NCBI GenBank assembly: GCA_964035545.1
Contig: OZ037771.1
Coordinates: forward strand, 9,738,480-9,802,479
Length of the DNA stretch: 64,000 bases
Direction: 5' to 3'
From: Bugula neritina
Lineage: Eukaryota > Animalia > Bryozoa
Shown: positions 1 through 15,035 of the stretch, piece after piece
Position numbering within the stretch: the first letter of the stretch is position 1
How the letters are laid out: the number at the start of each line of letters is the position of its first letter
Program-made: the position numbers and the translations under genes
Notes under the pieces: model-generated
What the model saw: the letters and a program-made list of their open reading frames with translations, nothing else
What the model was told of the DNA's origin: nothing
The model's database searches: none

Positions 1-240
1 TGTACTGTAACATACTGAAACATACTGAAACAAACTGCAACATTCTGAAGTACACTGTAAAATATTGAAGTACATTGCAACACATTGGAACATACTGCAA
101 CACACTGAAATATACTGCAACATACTGAAATATACTGCAACATACTGCAACATACTGAAATACACTGTAACATACTGTAACATACTGAAATACACTGTAA
201 CAAACTGATATAGACTGCAACGCATTGGAATATACTGCAA

Positions 241-260
241 CATACCCAAATATATGGTAA
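241..260 (+). other. Landmark module L3 (example): CATACCCAAA TA(TA/AC/AA)TGGTAA
   Basis: Recurrent variant pair, e.g. 241, 351, 931, 1041, 4978, 5228, 12004, 12074, 62630. It supplies essentially all CCC runs on the + strand. Confidence 0.9.
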
Positions 261-930
261 TATACTGAAATATACTGCAACATACCGCAACATACTGAGA
301 AACACTGTAACAAACTGAAAGATGCTACAACACATTGGAATATACGGCAACATACCCAAATAACTGGTAATATACTAAAATATACTGAAATACACTGTAA
401 CACATTGAAATATATTGCAACATACTGAAACACACTACAACTCACTGAGGTATAGTGCAATATACAAAAATGTACTGTAACATACAGATATTTACTGTAA
501 CACACTGAAATATACTGCAACATACTGAAATACACTGTAACATTTGGAAATAAGCTGCAACATACTGCAACATACTGAAATACACTGCAACATACTAAAA
601 TACACTGCAACATTCTGCAACATACTTCAACATACTGAAATACACTGTAACATAATGAAATACACTGCAGCACATTGAAATATACTGCAACATACTGAAA
701 TGTACTGCAACATACTGAAATACAAAGCAACATATTGAAGTATATTGTAATATGCGGACATGTACTGTAACATACTGAAACACACTGAAACATACTGAAA
801 CATACTGAAACATACTTCAACACACTGAAATATACTAAAACATACTGAAATATACTGCAACATACTGCAACATACTGAAATACACCGTAAAAAACTGAAA
901 AACACTGCAACACATTGGAATAAACTGCAA

Positions 931-3900
931 CATACCCAAGTATATGGTAATATACTGAAATATACTGCAACATACCGCAACGTTCTGAAAAACACTGTAA
1001 CAAACATAAATACGCTGCAAGACATTGGAACATACTGCAACATACCCAAATAAATGGTAATATACTGAAATATACTGACATACACTGTAACACATTGAAA
1101 AACACTGCAACATACTGAAATACACTGTAACATACCAAAAAAAACTGCAACATACTGCAACATACTGAAATACACTGTAACATATTAAAATACTCTGCAA
1201 CATTCTGCAACATTCTTCAACATACTGAAAGACACTGTAACATAATGAAATACACTGCAACACATTGAAATATACCGCATCACACTGGAATATACTGCAA
1301 CACATCCAAGTACATCGTAATCTACGGACATGTACTGTAACATACTGAAACATACTGAAACATACTGCTACATTCTGAAGTACACTGTAAAATATTGAAA
1401 TACAATGCAACACATTGGGATATACTGCAACACACTGAAATTTACTGCAACATACTGCAACATACTGAAATACGCTGTAACATACTGTAACATACTGAAA
1501 TACACTGCAACAAACTGCAACATACTGAAGTGCACTGTACGTATTGAAAAGCACTGCAACACACATAAATATACTGCAAAACTCTGAGATATACTGCAAA
1601 ATACTGAAATATACTTCAACATACTGCAACATACTGAAAAACACTACAACTCACTGAAGTATAGTGCAATATACAGACATGTACTCTAACATACTGATAT
1701 TTAATGTTACACACTGAAATATACCGCAACATACTGAAATACACTGTAACATACCTAAATAAGCTGCAACATACTGCAACATACCGAAATACACTGTAAC
1801 ATGAAGAAATACACTGCAACACATGGAAATATACTGCAACAAACTGAAATACATTGCAACATATCGAAGTATATCGTAATATACGGACATGTACTGTAAC
1901 ATACTGAAACACACTGAAACATACTGAAACATACTGAAACATACTTCAACATACTGAAATACGCTGTAACATAATGAAATACACTGCAACATACTGCAAC
2001 ATACTGAAGTACACTGTAAAATATTAAATTACACTGCAACACATTGGAATATACTGCAACACACTGAAATATACTGCAACATACTGAAATATACTGCAAC
2101 ATACTTCAACACACTGAAATATACTAAAACATAATGAAATACACTGCAACATACTGCAACATACTGAAGTACACTGTAAAATATTGAAATACACTGCAAC
2201 ACATTGGAATATACTGCAACACACTGAAATATACTGCAACATACTGAAATACACTGTAACATTTGGAAATAAGCTGCAACATACTGCAACATACTGAAAT
2301 ACACTGCAACATACTAAAATACACTGCAACATTCTGCAACATACTTCAACATACTGAAATACACTGTAACATAATGAAATACACTGCAGCACATTGAAAT
2401 ATACTGCAACATACTGAAATGTACTGCAACATACTGAAATACACTGTACATATTGAAAAACACTGCAACACACTGAAATATACTGCAACACACTGAAATA
2501 TACTTCAAAATACTGAAATATACTTCAACATACTGCAACATACTGAGAGACACTACAACTCACTGAAGTATAGTGCAATATCCAGAAATGTACTGTGACA
2601 TACTGATATTTAATGTTACACACTGAAATAAACTACAACATACTGAAATACACTGAAACATACTGAAACATACTGAAACATACTGAAATACACTGCAACA
2701 TACTGCAACATACTGAAACACACTGTAACATGATGAAATACACTGCAACACATTGAAATATACTGCAACAAACTGAAATATACTGCAACATACTGAAACG
2801 TACTGCAACATACTGAAATACATTGCAACATATCGAAGTATATCGTAATATACGGACATGTACTGTAACATACTGAAACACACTGAAGCATACTGAAACA
2901 TACTGAAATATACTGAATTACACTGTAACACACTGAAAAATACTGCAACATACTGAAATACACTGTAACATACCCAAGTATATGGTAATATACTGAAATA
3001 TACTGCAACATACCGCAACGTTCTGAAAAACACTGTAACAAACATAAATACGCTGCAAGACATTGGAACATACTGCAACATACCCAAATAAATGGTAATA
3101 TACTGAAATATACTGACATACACTGTAACACATTGAAAAACACTGCAACATACTGAAATACACTGTAACATACCAAAAAAAACTGCAACATACTGCAACA
3201 TACTGAAATACACTGTAACATATTAAAATACTCTGCAACATTCTGCAACATTCTTCAACATACTGAAAGACACTGTAACATAATGAAATACACTGCAACA
3301 CATTGAAATATACCGCATCACACTGGAATATACTGCAACACATCCAAGTACATCGTAATCTACGGACATGTGCTGTAACATACTGAAACATACTGCAACA
3401 TTCTGAAGTACACTGTAAAATATTGAAATACAATGCAACACATTGGGATATACTGCAACACACTGAAATTTACTGCAACATACTGCAACATACTGAAATA
3501 CGCTGTAACATACTGTAACATACTGAAATACACTGCAACAAACTGCAACATACTGAAGTGCACTGTACGTATTGAAAAGCACTGCAACACACATAAATAT
3601 ACTGCAAAACTCTGAGATATACTGCAAAATACTGAAATATACTTCAACATACTGCAACATACTGAAAAACACTACAACTCACTGAAGTATAGTGCAATAT
3701 ACAGACATGTACTCTAACATACTGATATTTAATGTTACACACTGAAATATACCGCAACATACTGAAATACACTGTAACATACCTAAATAAGCTGCAACAT
3801 ACTGCAACATACCGAAATACACTGTAACATGAAGAAATACACTGCAACACATGGAAATATACTGCAACAAACTGAAATACATTGCAACATATCGAAGTAT

Positions 3901-4470
3901 ATCGTAATATACGGACATGTACTGTAACATACTGAAACACACTGAAACATACTGAAACATACTGAAACATACTTCAACATACTGAAATACGCTGTAACAT
4001 AATGAAATACACTGCAACATACTGCAACATACTGAAGTACACTGTAAAATATTAAATTACACTGCAACACATTGGAATATACTGCAACACACTGAAATAT
4101 ACTGCAACATACTGAAATATACTGCAACATACTTCAACACACTGAAATATACTAAAACATAATGAAATACACTGCAACATACTGCAACATACTGAAGTAC
4201 ACTGTAAAATATTGAAATACACTGCAACACATTGGAATATACTGCAACACACTGAAATATACTGCAACATACTGAAATACACTGTAACATTTGGAAATAA
4301 GCTGCAACATACTGCAACATACTGAAATACACTGCAACATACTAAAATACACTGCAACATTCTGCAACATACTTCAACATACTGAAATACACTGTAACAT
4401 AATGAAATACACTGCAGCACATTGAAATATACTGCAACATACTGAAATGTACTGCAACATACTGAAATAC
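931..4470 (+). repeat. Near-tandem duplication: ~931-2440 repeated at ~2969-4470 (offset 2038, then 2028 after loss of one monomer)
   Basis: catacccaagtatatggtaa occurs at 931 and 2969. Identical ORF pairs 1616/3644, 1651/3679, 1755/3783 and 2029/4057 are all offset by 2028. Confidence 0.88.
1860..1899 (+). other. Landmark module L2 (example): CATATCGAAG TATATCGTAA TATACGGACA TGTACTGTAA, a three-CpG cluster
   Basis: Many dozens of copies (e.g. 1860, 2829, 3888, 12414, 12654, 12894, 17710, 63200). It is the densest CpG cluster in the array and is usually followed by a run of CATACTGAAA. Confidence 0.92.
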
Positions 4471-4484
4471 ACTGCAACATATTG

Positions 4485-7400
4485 AAGTATATCGTAATAT
4501 ACGGACATGTACTGTAACATACTGAAACACACTGAAACATACTGAAACATACTGAAACATACTTCAACATACTGAAATACGCTGTAACATAATGAAATAC
4601 ACTGCAACATACTGCAACATACTGAAGTACACTGTAAAATATTAAATTACACTGCAACACATTGGAATATACTGCAACACACTGAAATATACTGCAACAT
4701 ACTGAAATATACTGCAACATACTTCAACACACTGAAATATACTAAAACATAATGAAATACACTGCAACATACTGCAACATACTGAAGTACACTGTAAAAT
4801 ATTGAAATACACTGCAACACATTGGAATATACTGCAACACACTGAAATATACTGCAACATACTGAAATATACTGCAACATACTGCAACATACTGAAATAC
4901 ACTGTAACATACTGCAACATACTGAAATACACGGTAGCAAACTGAAATACACTGCAACACATTGGAATATACTGCAACATACCCAAATATATGGTAACAT
5001 AATGAAATACCCTGCAACATACTGCAACATACTGAAGTACACTGTAAAATATTGAAATACACTGCAACACATTGGAATATACTGCAACACACTGAAATAT
5101 ACTGCAACATACTGAAATATACTGCAGCATACTGCAACATACTGAAATACACTGTAACTTACTGCAACATACTGAAATACACTGTAGCAAACTGAAATAC
5201 ACTGCAACACATTGGAATATACTGCAACATACCCAAATATATGGTAACATAATGAAATACCCTGCAACATACTGCAACATACTGAAGTACACTGTAAAAT
5301 ATTGAAATACACTGCAACACATTGGAATATACTGCAACATGCCCAAATAACTGGTAATATACTGAAATATACTGAAATACACTGTAACACATTGAAAAAG
5401 ACTGCAACATACTGAAAGACACTACAACTCACTGAAGTATAGTGTATTATACGGAAATGTACTGTAACATACTGATATTTACTGCAACACACTGAAATAT
5501 ACTGCAACATACTGAAATACACTGTAACATACTAAAATACACTGCAACATTCTGCAACATTCTTTTACATACTGAAAGACACTGTAACATAATGAAATAC
5601 ACTGCAACACATTGAAATATACCGCAACACACTGGAATATACTGCAACACATCCAAGTACATCGTAATATACGGACATGTACTGTAACATACTGAAACAT
5701 ACTGAAACAAACTGCAACATTCTGAAGTACACTGTAAAATATTGAAGTACATTGCAACACATTGGAATATACTGCAACACACTGAAATATACTGCAACAT
5801 ACTGAAATATACTGCAACATACTGCAACATACTGAAATACACTGTAACATACTGTAACATACTGAAATACACTGTAACAAACTGAAATAGACTGCAACGC
5901 ATTGGAATATACTGCAACATACCCAAATATATGGTGATATACTGAAATATACTGCAACATACCGCAACATACTGAGAAACACTGTAACAAACTGAAAGAT
6001 GCTGCAACACATTGGAATATACGGCAACATACCCAAATAACTGGTAATATACTAAAATATACTGAAATACACTGTAACACATTGAAATATATTGCAACAT
6101 ACTGAAACACACTACAACTCACTGAGGTATAGTGCAATATACAAAAATGTACTGTAACATACAGACATTTACTGTAACACACTGAAATATACTGCAACAT
6201 ACTGAAATACACTGTAACATTTGGAAATAAGCTGCAACATACTGCAACATACTGAAATACACTGCAACATACTAAAATACACTGCAACATTCTGCAACAT
6301 ACTTCAACATACTGAAATACACTGTAACATAATGAAATACACTGCAGCACATTGAAATATACTGCAACATACTGAAATGTACTGCAACATACTGAAATAC
6401 ACTGCAACATATTGAAGTATATTGTAATATGCGGACATGTACTGTAACATACTGAAACACACTGAAACATACTGAAACATACTGAAACATACTTCAACAC
6501 ACTGAAATATACTAAAACATACTGAAATACACTGCAACATACTGCAACATACTGAAATACACCGTAAAAAACTGAAAAACACTGCAACACATTGAAATAA
6601 ACTGCAACATACCCAAGTATATGGTAATATACTGAACTATACTGCAACATACCGCAACGTTCTGAAAAACACTGTAACAAACATAAATACGCTGCAAGAC
6701 ATTGGAACATACTGCAACATACCCAAACAAATGGTAATATACTGAAATATACTGACATACACTGTAACACATTGAAAAACACTGCAACATACTGAAATAC
6801 ACTGTAACATACCAAAAAAACTGCAACATACTGCAACATACTGAAATACACTGCAACATATTAAAATACTGTGCAACATTCTGCAACATTCTTCAACATA
6901 CTGAAAGACACTGTAACATAATGAAATACACTGCAACACATTGAAATATACCGCATCACACTGGAATATACTGCAACACATCCAAGTACATCGTAATCTA
7001 CGGACATGTACTGTAACATACTGAAACATACTGAAACATACTGCAACATTCTGAAGTACACTGTAAAATATTGAAATACAATGCAACACAATGGGATATA
7101 CTGCAACACACTGAAATTTACTGCAACATACTGCAACATACTGAAACACGCTGTAACATACTGTAACATACTGAAATACACTGCAACATACTGCAACATA
7201 CTGAAGTGCACTGTACGTATTGAAAAGCACTGCAACACACATAAATATACTGCAAAACACTGAGATATACTGCAAAATACTGAAATATACTTCAACATAC
7301 TGCAACATACTGAAAGACACTACAACTCACTGAAGTATAGTGCAATATACAGAAATGTACTCTAACATACTGATATTTAATGTTACACACTGAAATATAC

Positions 7401-9256
7401 CGCAACATACTGAAATACACTGTAACATACCTAAACAAGCTGCAACATACTGCAACATACCGAAATACACTGTAACATGAAGAAATACACTGCAACACAT
7501 GGAAATATACTGCAACAAACTGAAATACATTGCAACATATCGAAGTATATCGTAATATACGGACATGTACTGTAACATACTGAAACACACTGAAACATAC
7601 TGAAACATACTTCAACATACTTCAACATACTGAAATACACTGTAACATAATGAAATACACTGCAACATACTGCAACATACTGAAGTACACTGTAAAATAT
7701 TAAATTACACTGCAACACATTGGAATATACTGCAACACACTGAAATATACTGCAACATACTGAAATATACTGCAACATACTTCAACACACTGAAATATAC
7801 TAAAACATAATGAAATACACTGCAACATACTGCAACATACTGAAGTACACTGTAAAATATTGAAATACACTGCAACACATTGGAATATACTGCAACACAC
7901 TGAAATATACTGCAACATACTGAAATATACTGCAACATACTGCAACATACTGAAATACACTGTAACATACTGCAACATACTGAAATACACGGTAGCAAAC
8001 TGAAATACACTGCAACACATTGGAATATACTGCAACATACCCAAATATATGGTAACATAATGAAATACCCTGCAACATACTGCAACATACTGAAGTACAC
8101 TGTAAAATATTGAAATACACTGCAACACATTGGAATATACTGCAACACACTGAAATATACTGCAACATACTGAAATATACTGCAGCATACTGCAACATAC
8201 TGAAATACACTGTAACTTACTGCAACATACTGAAATACACTGTAGCAAACCGAAATACACTGCAACACATTGGAATATACTGCAACATACCCAAATATAT
8301 GGTAACATAATGAAATACTCTGCAACATACTGCAACATACTGAAGTACACTGTAAAATATTGAAATACACTGCAACACATTGGAATATACTGCAACATGC
8401 CCAAATAACTGGTAATATACTGAAATATACTGAAATACACTGTAACACATTGAAAAAGACTGCAACATACTGAAAGACACTACAACTCACTGAAGTATAG
8501 TGTATTATACGGAAATGTACTGTAACATACTGATATTTACTGCAACACACTGAAATATACTGCAACATACTGAAATACACTGTAACATACTAAAATACAC
8601 TGCAACATTCTGCAACATTCTTTTACATACTGAAAGACACTGTAACATAATGAAATACACTGCAACACATTGAAATATACCGCAACACACTGGAATATAC
8701 TGCAACACATCCAAGTACATCGTAATATACGGACATGTACTGTAACATACTGAAACATACTGAAACAAACTGCAACATTCTGAAGTACACTGTAAAATAT
8801 TGAAGTACATTGCAACACATTGGAATATACTGCAACACACTGAAATATACTGCAACATACTGAAATATACTGCAACATACTGCGACATACTGAAATACAC
8901 TGTAACATACTGTAACATACTGAAATACACTGTAATAAACTGAAATACACTGCAACGCATTGGAATATACTGCAACATACCCAAATATATAGTAATATAC
9001 TGAAATATACTGCAACATACCGCAACATACTGAGAAACACTGTAACAAACTGAAAGATGCTGCAACACATTGGAATATACGGCAACATACCCAAATAACT
9101 GGTAATATACTAAAATATACTGAAATACACTGTAACACATTGAAATATATTGCAACATACTGAAACACACTACAACTCACTGAGGTATAGTGCAATATAC
9201 AAAAATGTACTGTAACATACAGATATTTACTGTAACACACTGAAATATACTGCAAC
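4485..9256 (+). repeat. 3058-bp period: ~4485-6198 repeated at ~7543-9256
   Basis: ORF pairs 4642/7700, 4742/7800, 5159/8217 and 5447/8505 are all offset by 3058. Rare variants are shared (acggtagcaa, tcttttacat, gcccaaataa). Confidence 0.88.
5418..5487 (+). other. Landmark module L1 (example): GACACTACAA CTCACTGAAG TATAGTGYAW TATACRGAAA TGTACTSTAA CATACTGATA TTTA
   Basis: About 79 copies by hand count (CTCACTG at 441, 1650, 2559, 3678, 5428 ... 63420, 63939), mean spacing ~0.8 kb. It is absent between 16630 and 21150. Confidence 0.92.
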
Positions 9257-11130
9257 AAACTACTACATACTGAAGTACACTGTACATATTGAGAAACACT
9301 GCAACACACTGAAATATACTGCAACACACTGAAATATACTGCAAAATACTGAAACATACTTCAACATACTGCAACATACTGAAATACACTGTAACATACT
9401 AAAATACACTGCAAAACTCTGCAACATACTGCAACATACTGAAATACACTGTAACATAATGAAATACACTGCAACATACTGCAACATACTGAAGTACACT
9501 GTAAAATATTAAATTACACTGCAACACATTGGAATATACTGCAACACACTGAAATATACTGCAACATACTGAAATATACTGCAACATACTTCAACACACT
9601 GAAATCTACTAAAACATACTGAAATATACTGCAACATACTGCAACATTCTGAAACACACCGTAAAAAACTGAAATACACTGCAACACATTGAAATATACT
9701 GCAACAAACTGAAATATACTGCAACATACTGAAACGTACTGCAACATACTGAAATACATTGCAACATATCGAAGTATATCGTAATATACGGACATGTACT
9801 GTAACATACTGAAACACACTGAAACATACTGAAACATACTGAAATATACTGAATTACACTGTAACACACTGAAAAATACTGCAACATACTGAAAGACACT
9901 TCAACTCACTGAAGTATAGTGTAATATACGGAAATGTACTGTAACATACTGATATTTACTGCAACACACTGAAATATACTGCAACATACTGAAATACACT
10001 GTAACATACCGAAATAAACTGCAACATAATGCAACATAATGAATTACACTGTAACATACTAAAATACACTGCAACATTCTGGAACATACTTCAACATAGT
10101 GAAATACACTGTAACATAATGAAATACACTGCAAAATACTGCAACATACTGAAGTACACTGTAAAATATTGAAATACACTGCAACACATTAGAATATACT
10201 GCAACACACTGAAATATACTGCAACATACTGAAATATACTGCAACATACTGCAACATACTGAAATACACTGTAACATACTGCAACACACTGAAATACACT
10301 GTAGCAAACTGAAATACACTGCAACACATTGGAATATACTGCAACATACCCAAATATATGGTAACATAATGAAATACCCTGGAACATATTGCAACATACT
10401 GAAGTACACTGTAAAATAGTGAAATACACTGCAACACATTGGAATATACTGCAACATACCCAAATAACTGGTAATATACTGAAATATACTGAAATACACT
10501 GTAACACATTGAAAAAGACTGCAACATACTGAAAGACACTACAACTCACTGAAGTATAGTGTATTATACGGAAATGTACTGTAACATACTGATATTTACT
10601 GCAACACACTGAAATATACTGCAACATACTGAAATACACTGTAACATACCATAAAAAACTGCAACATACTGCAACATACTGAAATACACTGTAACATACT
10701 AAAATACACTGCAACATTCTGCAACATTCTTCTACATACTGAAAGACACTGTAACATAATGAAATACACTGCAACACATTGAAATATACCGCAACACACT
10801 GGAATATACTGCAACACATCCAAGTACATCGTAATATACGGACATGTACTGTAACATACTGAAACATACTGAAACAAACTGCAACATTCTGAAGTACACT
10901 GTAAAATATTGAAATACAATGCAACACATTGGAATATACTGCAACACACTGAAATTTACTGCAACATACTGAAATATACTGCAACATACTGCAACATAAT
11001 GAAATACACTGTAACATACTGTAACATACTGAAATACACTGCAACAAACTACAACATACTGAAGTACACTGTACATATTGAGAAACACTGCAACACACTG
11101 AAATATACTGCAACACACTGAAATATACTG

Positions 11131-14100
11131 CAAAATACTGAAACATACTTCAACATACTGCAACATACTGAAATACACTGTAACATACTAAAATACACTG
11201 CAAAACTCTGCAACATACTGCAACATACTGAAATACACTATAACATGATGAAATACACTGCAACACATTGAAATATACTGAAACAAACTGAAATATACTG
11301 CAACATACTGAAATGTACTGCAACATAGTGAAATACATTGCAACATATTGAAGTACATCGTAATATACGGACATGTACTGCAACATACTGAAATACACTG
11401 TAAGTTACTAAAATACACTGCAACATACTTAAATACACTTCAACATTCTGCAACATATTTCAACATACTGAAATAGACTGTAACATAATGAAATACACTG
11501 CAACATACTGCATTATACTGAAGTACACTGTAAAATATTGAAGTACATTGCAACACATTGGAATATACTGCAACACACTGAAATATACCGCAACATACTG
11601 AAATATACTGCAACATACTGCAACATACTGAAATACACTGTAACAAACTGAAATACGCTGCAACACATTGGAATATACTTCAACATACCCAAATAAATGG
11701 TAATATACTGAAATATACTGAAATACACTGTAACACATTGAAAAAGACTGCAACATACTGAAACACACTACAACTCACTGAAGTATAGTGTAACCTACTG
11801 AAATGTACTGTAACATACTGATATTTACTGCAACACACTGAAACATACTCTAACATACTGAAATACACTGTTACATACTAAAATACACTGCAACATACTA
11901 AAATACACTGCAACGTTCTGCAACATTCTGCAACATACTTCAACATACTGAAATACACTGTACCAAACTGAAATACGCTGCAACACATTGGAATATACTG
12001 CAACATACCCAAATAAATGGTAACATACTGAAATATACTGAAATACATTGTAACACATTGGAAAATACTGCAACATACCCAAATAAATGGTAACATACTG
12101 AAATATACTGAAATACATTGTAACACATTGAAAAATACTGCAACACACTGAAAGACACTACAACTCACTGAAGTATAGTGCAATATACAGAAATGTACTC
12201 TAACATACTGATATTTAATCTTACACACTGAAATATACTACAACATACTGAAATACAGTATAACATACCGAAATAAGCTGCAACATACTGCAACATACTG
12301 AAATACACTGTAACATAATGAAGTACACTGCAACACATTGAAATACACTGCAACAAACTGAAATATACTGCAACATACTGAAATGTACTGCAACATACTG
12401 AAATACATTGCAACATATCGAAGTATATCGTAATAAACGGACATGTACTGTAACATACTGAAACACACTGAAACATACTGAAACATACTGAAACATACTG
12501 AAACATACTGAAATACACTGCAACAAACTGCAACATACTGAAACATACTGTAACATGATGAAATACACTGCAACACATTGAAATATGCTGCAACAAACTG
12601 AAATATACTGCAACATACTGAAACGTACTGCAACATACTGAAATTAATTGCAACATATCGAAGTATATCGTAATATACGGACATGTACTGTAACATACTG
12701 AAACACACTGAAACATACTGAAACATACTGAAACATACTGAGACATACTGAGATACACTGCAACATACTGCAACATACTGAAATACACTGTAACATGATG
12801 AAATACACTGCAACACATTGAAATATACTGCAACAAACTGAAATATACTGCAACATACTGAAACGTGCTGCAACATACTGAAATACATTGCAATATATCG
12901 AAGTATATCGTAATATACGGACATGTACTGTAACATACTGAAACACACTGAAACATACTGAAACATACTGAAATATACTGAAATATACTGAAATACACTG
13001 TAACACATTGAAAAATACTGCAACATACTGAAAGACACTTCAACTCACTGAAGTATAGTGTAATATACGGAAATGTAATGTAACATACTGATATTTACTG
13101 TAACACATTGAAATATACTGCAACATACTGAAATACACTGTAACATACCGAAATAAACTGCAACATAATGCAACATACTGAATTACACTGTAACATACTA
13201 AAATACACTGCAACATTCTGCAACATACTTCAACGTACTGAAAGACACTGTAACATAATGAAATACACTGCAACACATTGAAATATACCGCAACAGACTG
13301 GAATATACTGCAACACATCCAAGTACATCGTAATATACGGACATGTACCGTAACATACTGGAACATACTGAAACATACTGCAACATTCTGAAGTACACTG
13401 TAAAATATTGAAATACACTGCAACAAACTGCAACATACTGAAGTACACTGTACATATTGAAAAACACTGCAACACACGGAAATATACTGCAACACACTGA
13501 AATATACTGCAACATACTGAAATATACTGCAACATACTGCAACATACTGAAATACACTGTAACATACTGTAACGTACTGAAATACACTGCAACAAACTAC
13601 AACATACTGAAGTACACTGTACATATTGAGAAACACTGCAACACACTGAAATATACTGCAACACACTGAAATATACTGCAAAATACTGAAACATACTTCA
13701 ACATACTGCAACATACTGAAATACACTGTAACATACTAAAATACACTGCAAAACTCTGCAACATACTGCAACATACTGAAATACACTGTAACATAATGAA
13801 ATACACTGCAACATACTGCAACATACTGAAGTACACTGTAAAATATTAAATTACACTGCAACACATTGGAATATACTGCAACACACTGAAATATACTGCA
13901 ACATACTGAAATATACTGCAACATACTTCAACACACTGAAATATACTAAAACATACTGAAATATACTGCAACATACTGCAACATTCTGAAACACACCGTA
14001 AAAAACTGAAATACACTGCAACACATTGAAATATACTGCAACAAACTGAAATATACTGCAACATACTGAAACGTACTGCAACATACTGAAATACATTGCA

Positions 14101-15035
14101 ACATATCGAAGTATATCGTAATATACGGACATGTACTGTAACATACTGAAACACACTGAAACATACTGAAACATACTGAAATATACTGAATTACACTGTA
14201 ACACACTGAAAAATACTGCAACATACTGAAAGACACTTCAACTCACTGAAGTATAGTGTAATATACGGAAATGTACTGTAACATACTGATATTTACTGTA
14301 ACACACTGAAATATACTGCAACATACTGAAATACACTGTAACATACCGAAATAAACTGCAACATAATGCAACATAATGAATTACACTGTAACATACTAAA
14401 ATACACTGCAACATTCTGGAACATACTTCAACATAGTGAAATACACTGTAACATAATGAAATACACTGCAAAATACTGCAACATACTGAAGTACACTGTA
14501 AAATATTGAAATACACTGCAACACATTGGAATATACTGCAACACACTGAAATATACTGCAACATACTGAAATATACTGCAACATACTGCAACATACTGAA
14601 ATACACTGTAACATACTGCAACATACTGAAATACACTGTAGCAAACTGAAATACACTGCAACACATTGGAATATACTGCAGCATACCCAAATATATGGTA
14701 ACATAATGAAATACCCTGGAACATATTGCAACATACTGAAGTACACTGTAAAATATTGAAATACACTGCAACACATTGGAATATACTGCAACATACCCAA
14801 ATAACTGGTAATATACTGAAATATACTGAAATACACTGTAACACATTGAAAAAGACTGCAACATACTGAAAGACACTACAACTCACTGAAGTATAGTGTA
14901 TTATACGGAAATGTACTGTAACATACTGATATTTACTGCAACACACTGAAATATACTGCAACATACTGAAATACACTGTAATATACCATAAAAAACTGCA
15001 ACATACTGCAACATACTGAAATACACTGTAACATA
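11131..15035 (+). repeat. ~3.9-kb block duplicated at ~20507-24411 (offset 9376)
   Basis: ORF pairs 11150/20526, 11825/21201, 13040/22416, 13846/23222 and 14238/23614 are offset by 9376. Private variants are shared (taagttacta, taacctactg, ttaatcttac). Confidence 0.9.
12001..12140 (+). repeat. 70-bp (7-monomer) tandem duplication containing L3; also present in the copy at ~21377-21516
   Basis: caacataccc aaataaatgg taacatactg aaatatactg aaatacattg taacacattg (g/a)aaaatactg occurs twice in succession. Confidence 0.9.

Larger units (their letters stand above)
1..2250 (+). repeat. Duplicated block; second copy at ~5678-7926 (offset 5677/5676)
   Basis: The sequence at 1 (tgtactgtaa catactgaaa catactgaaa caaactgcaa cattctgaag) recurs at 5678. 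Paired ORFs 595/6272 and 1616/7292 give the same offset. Confidence 0.88.
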
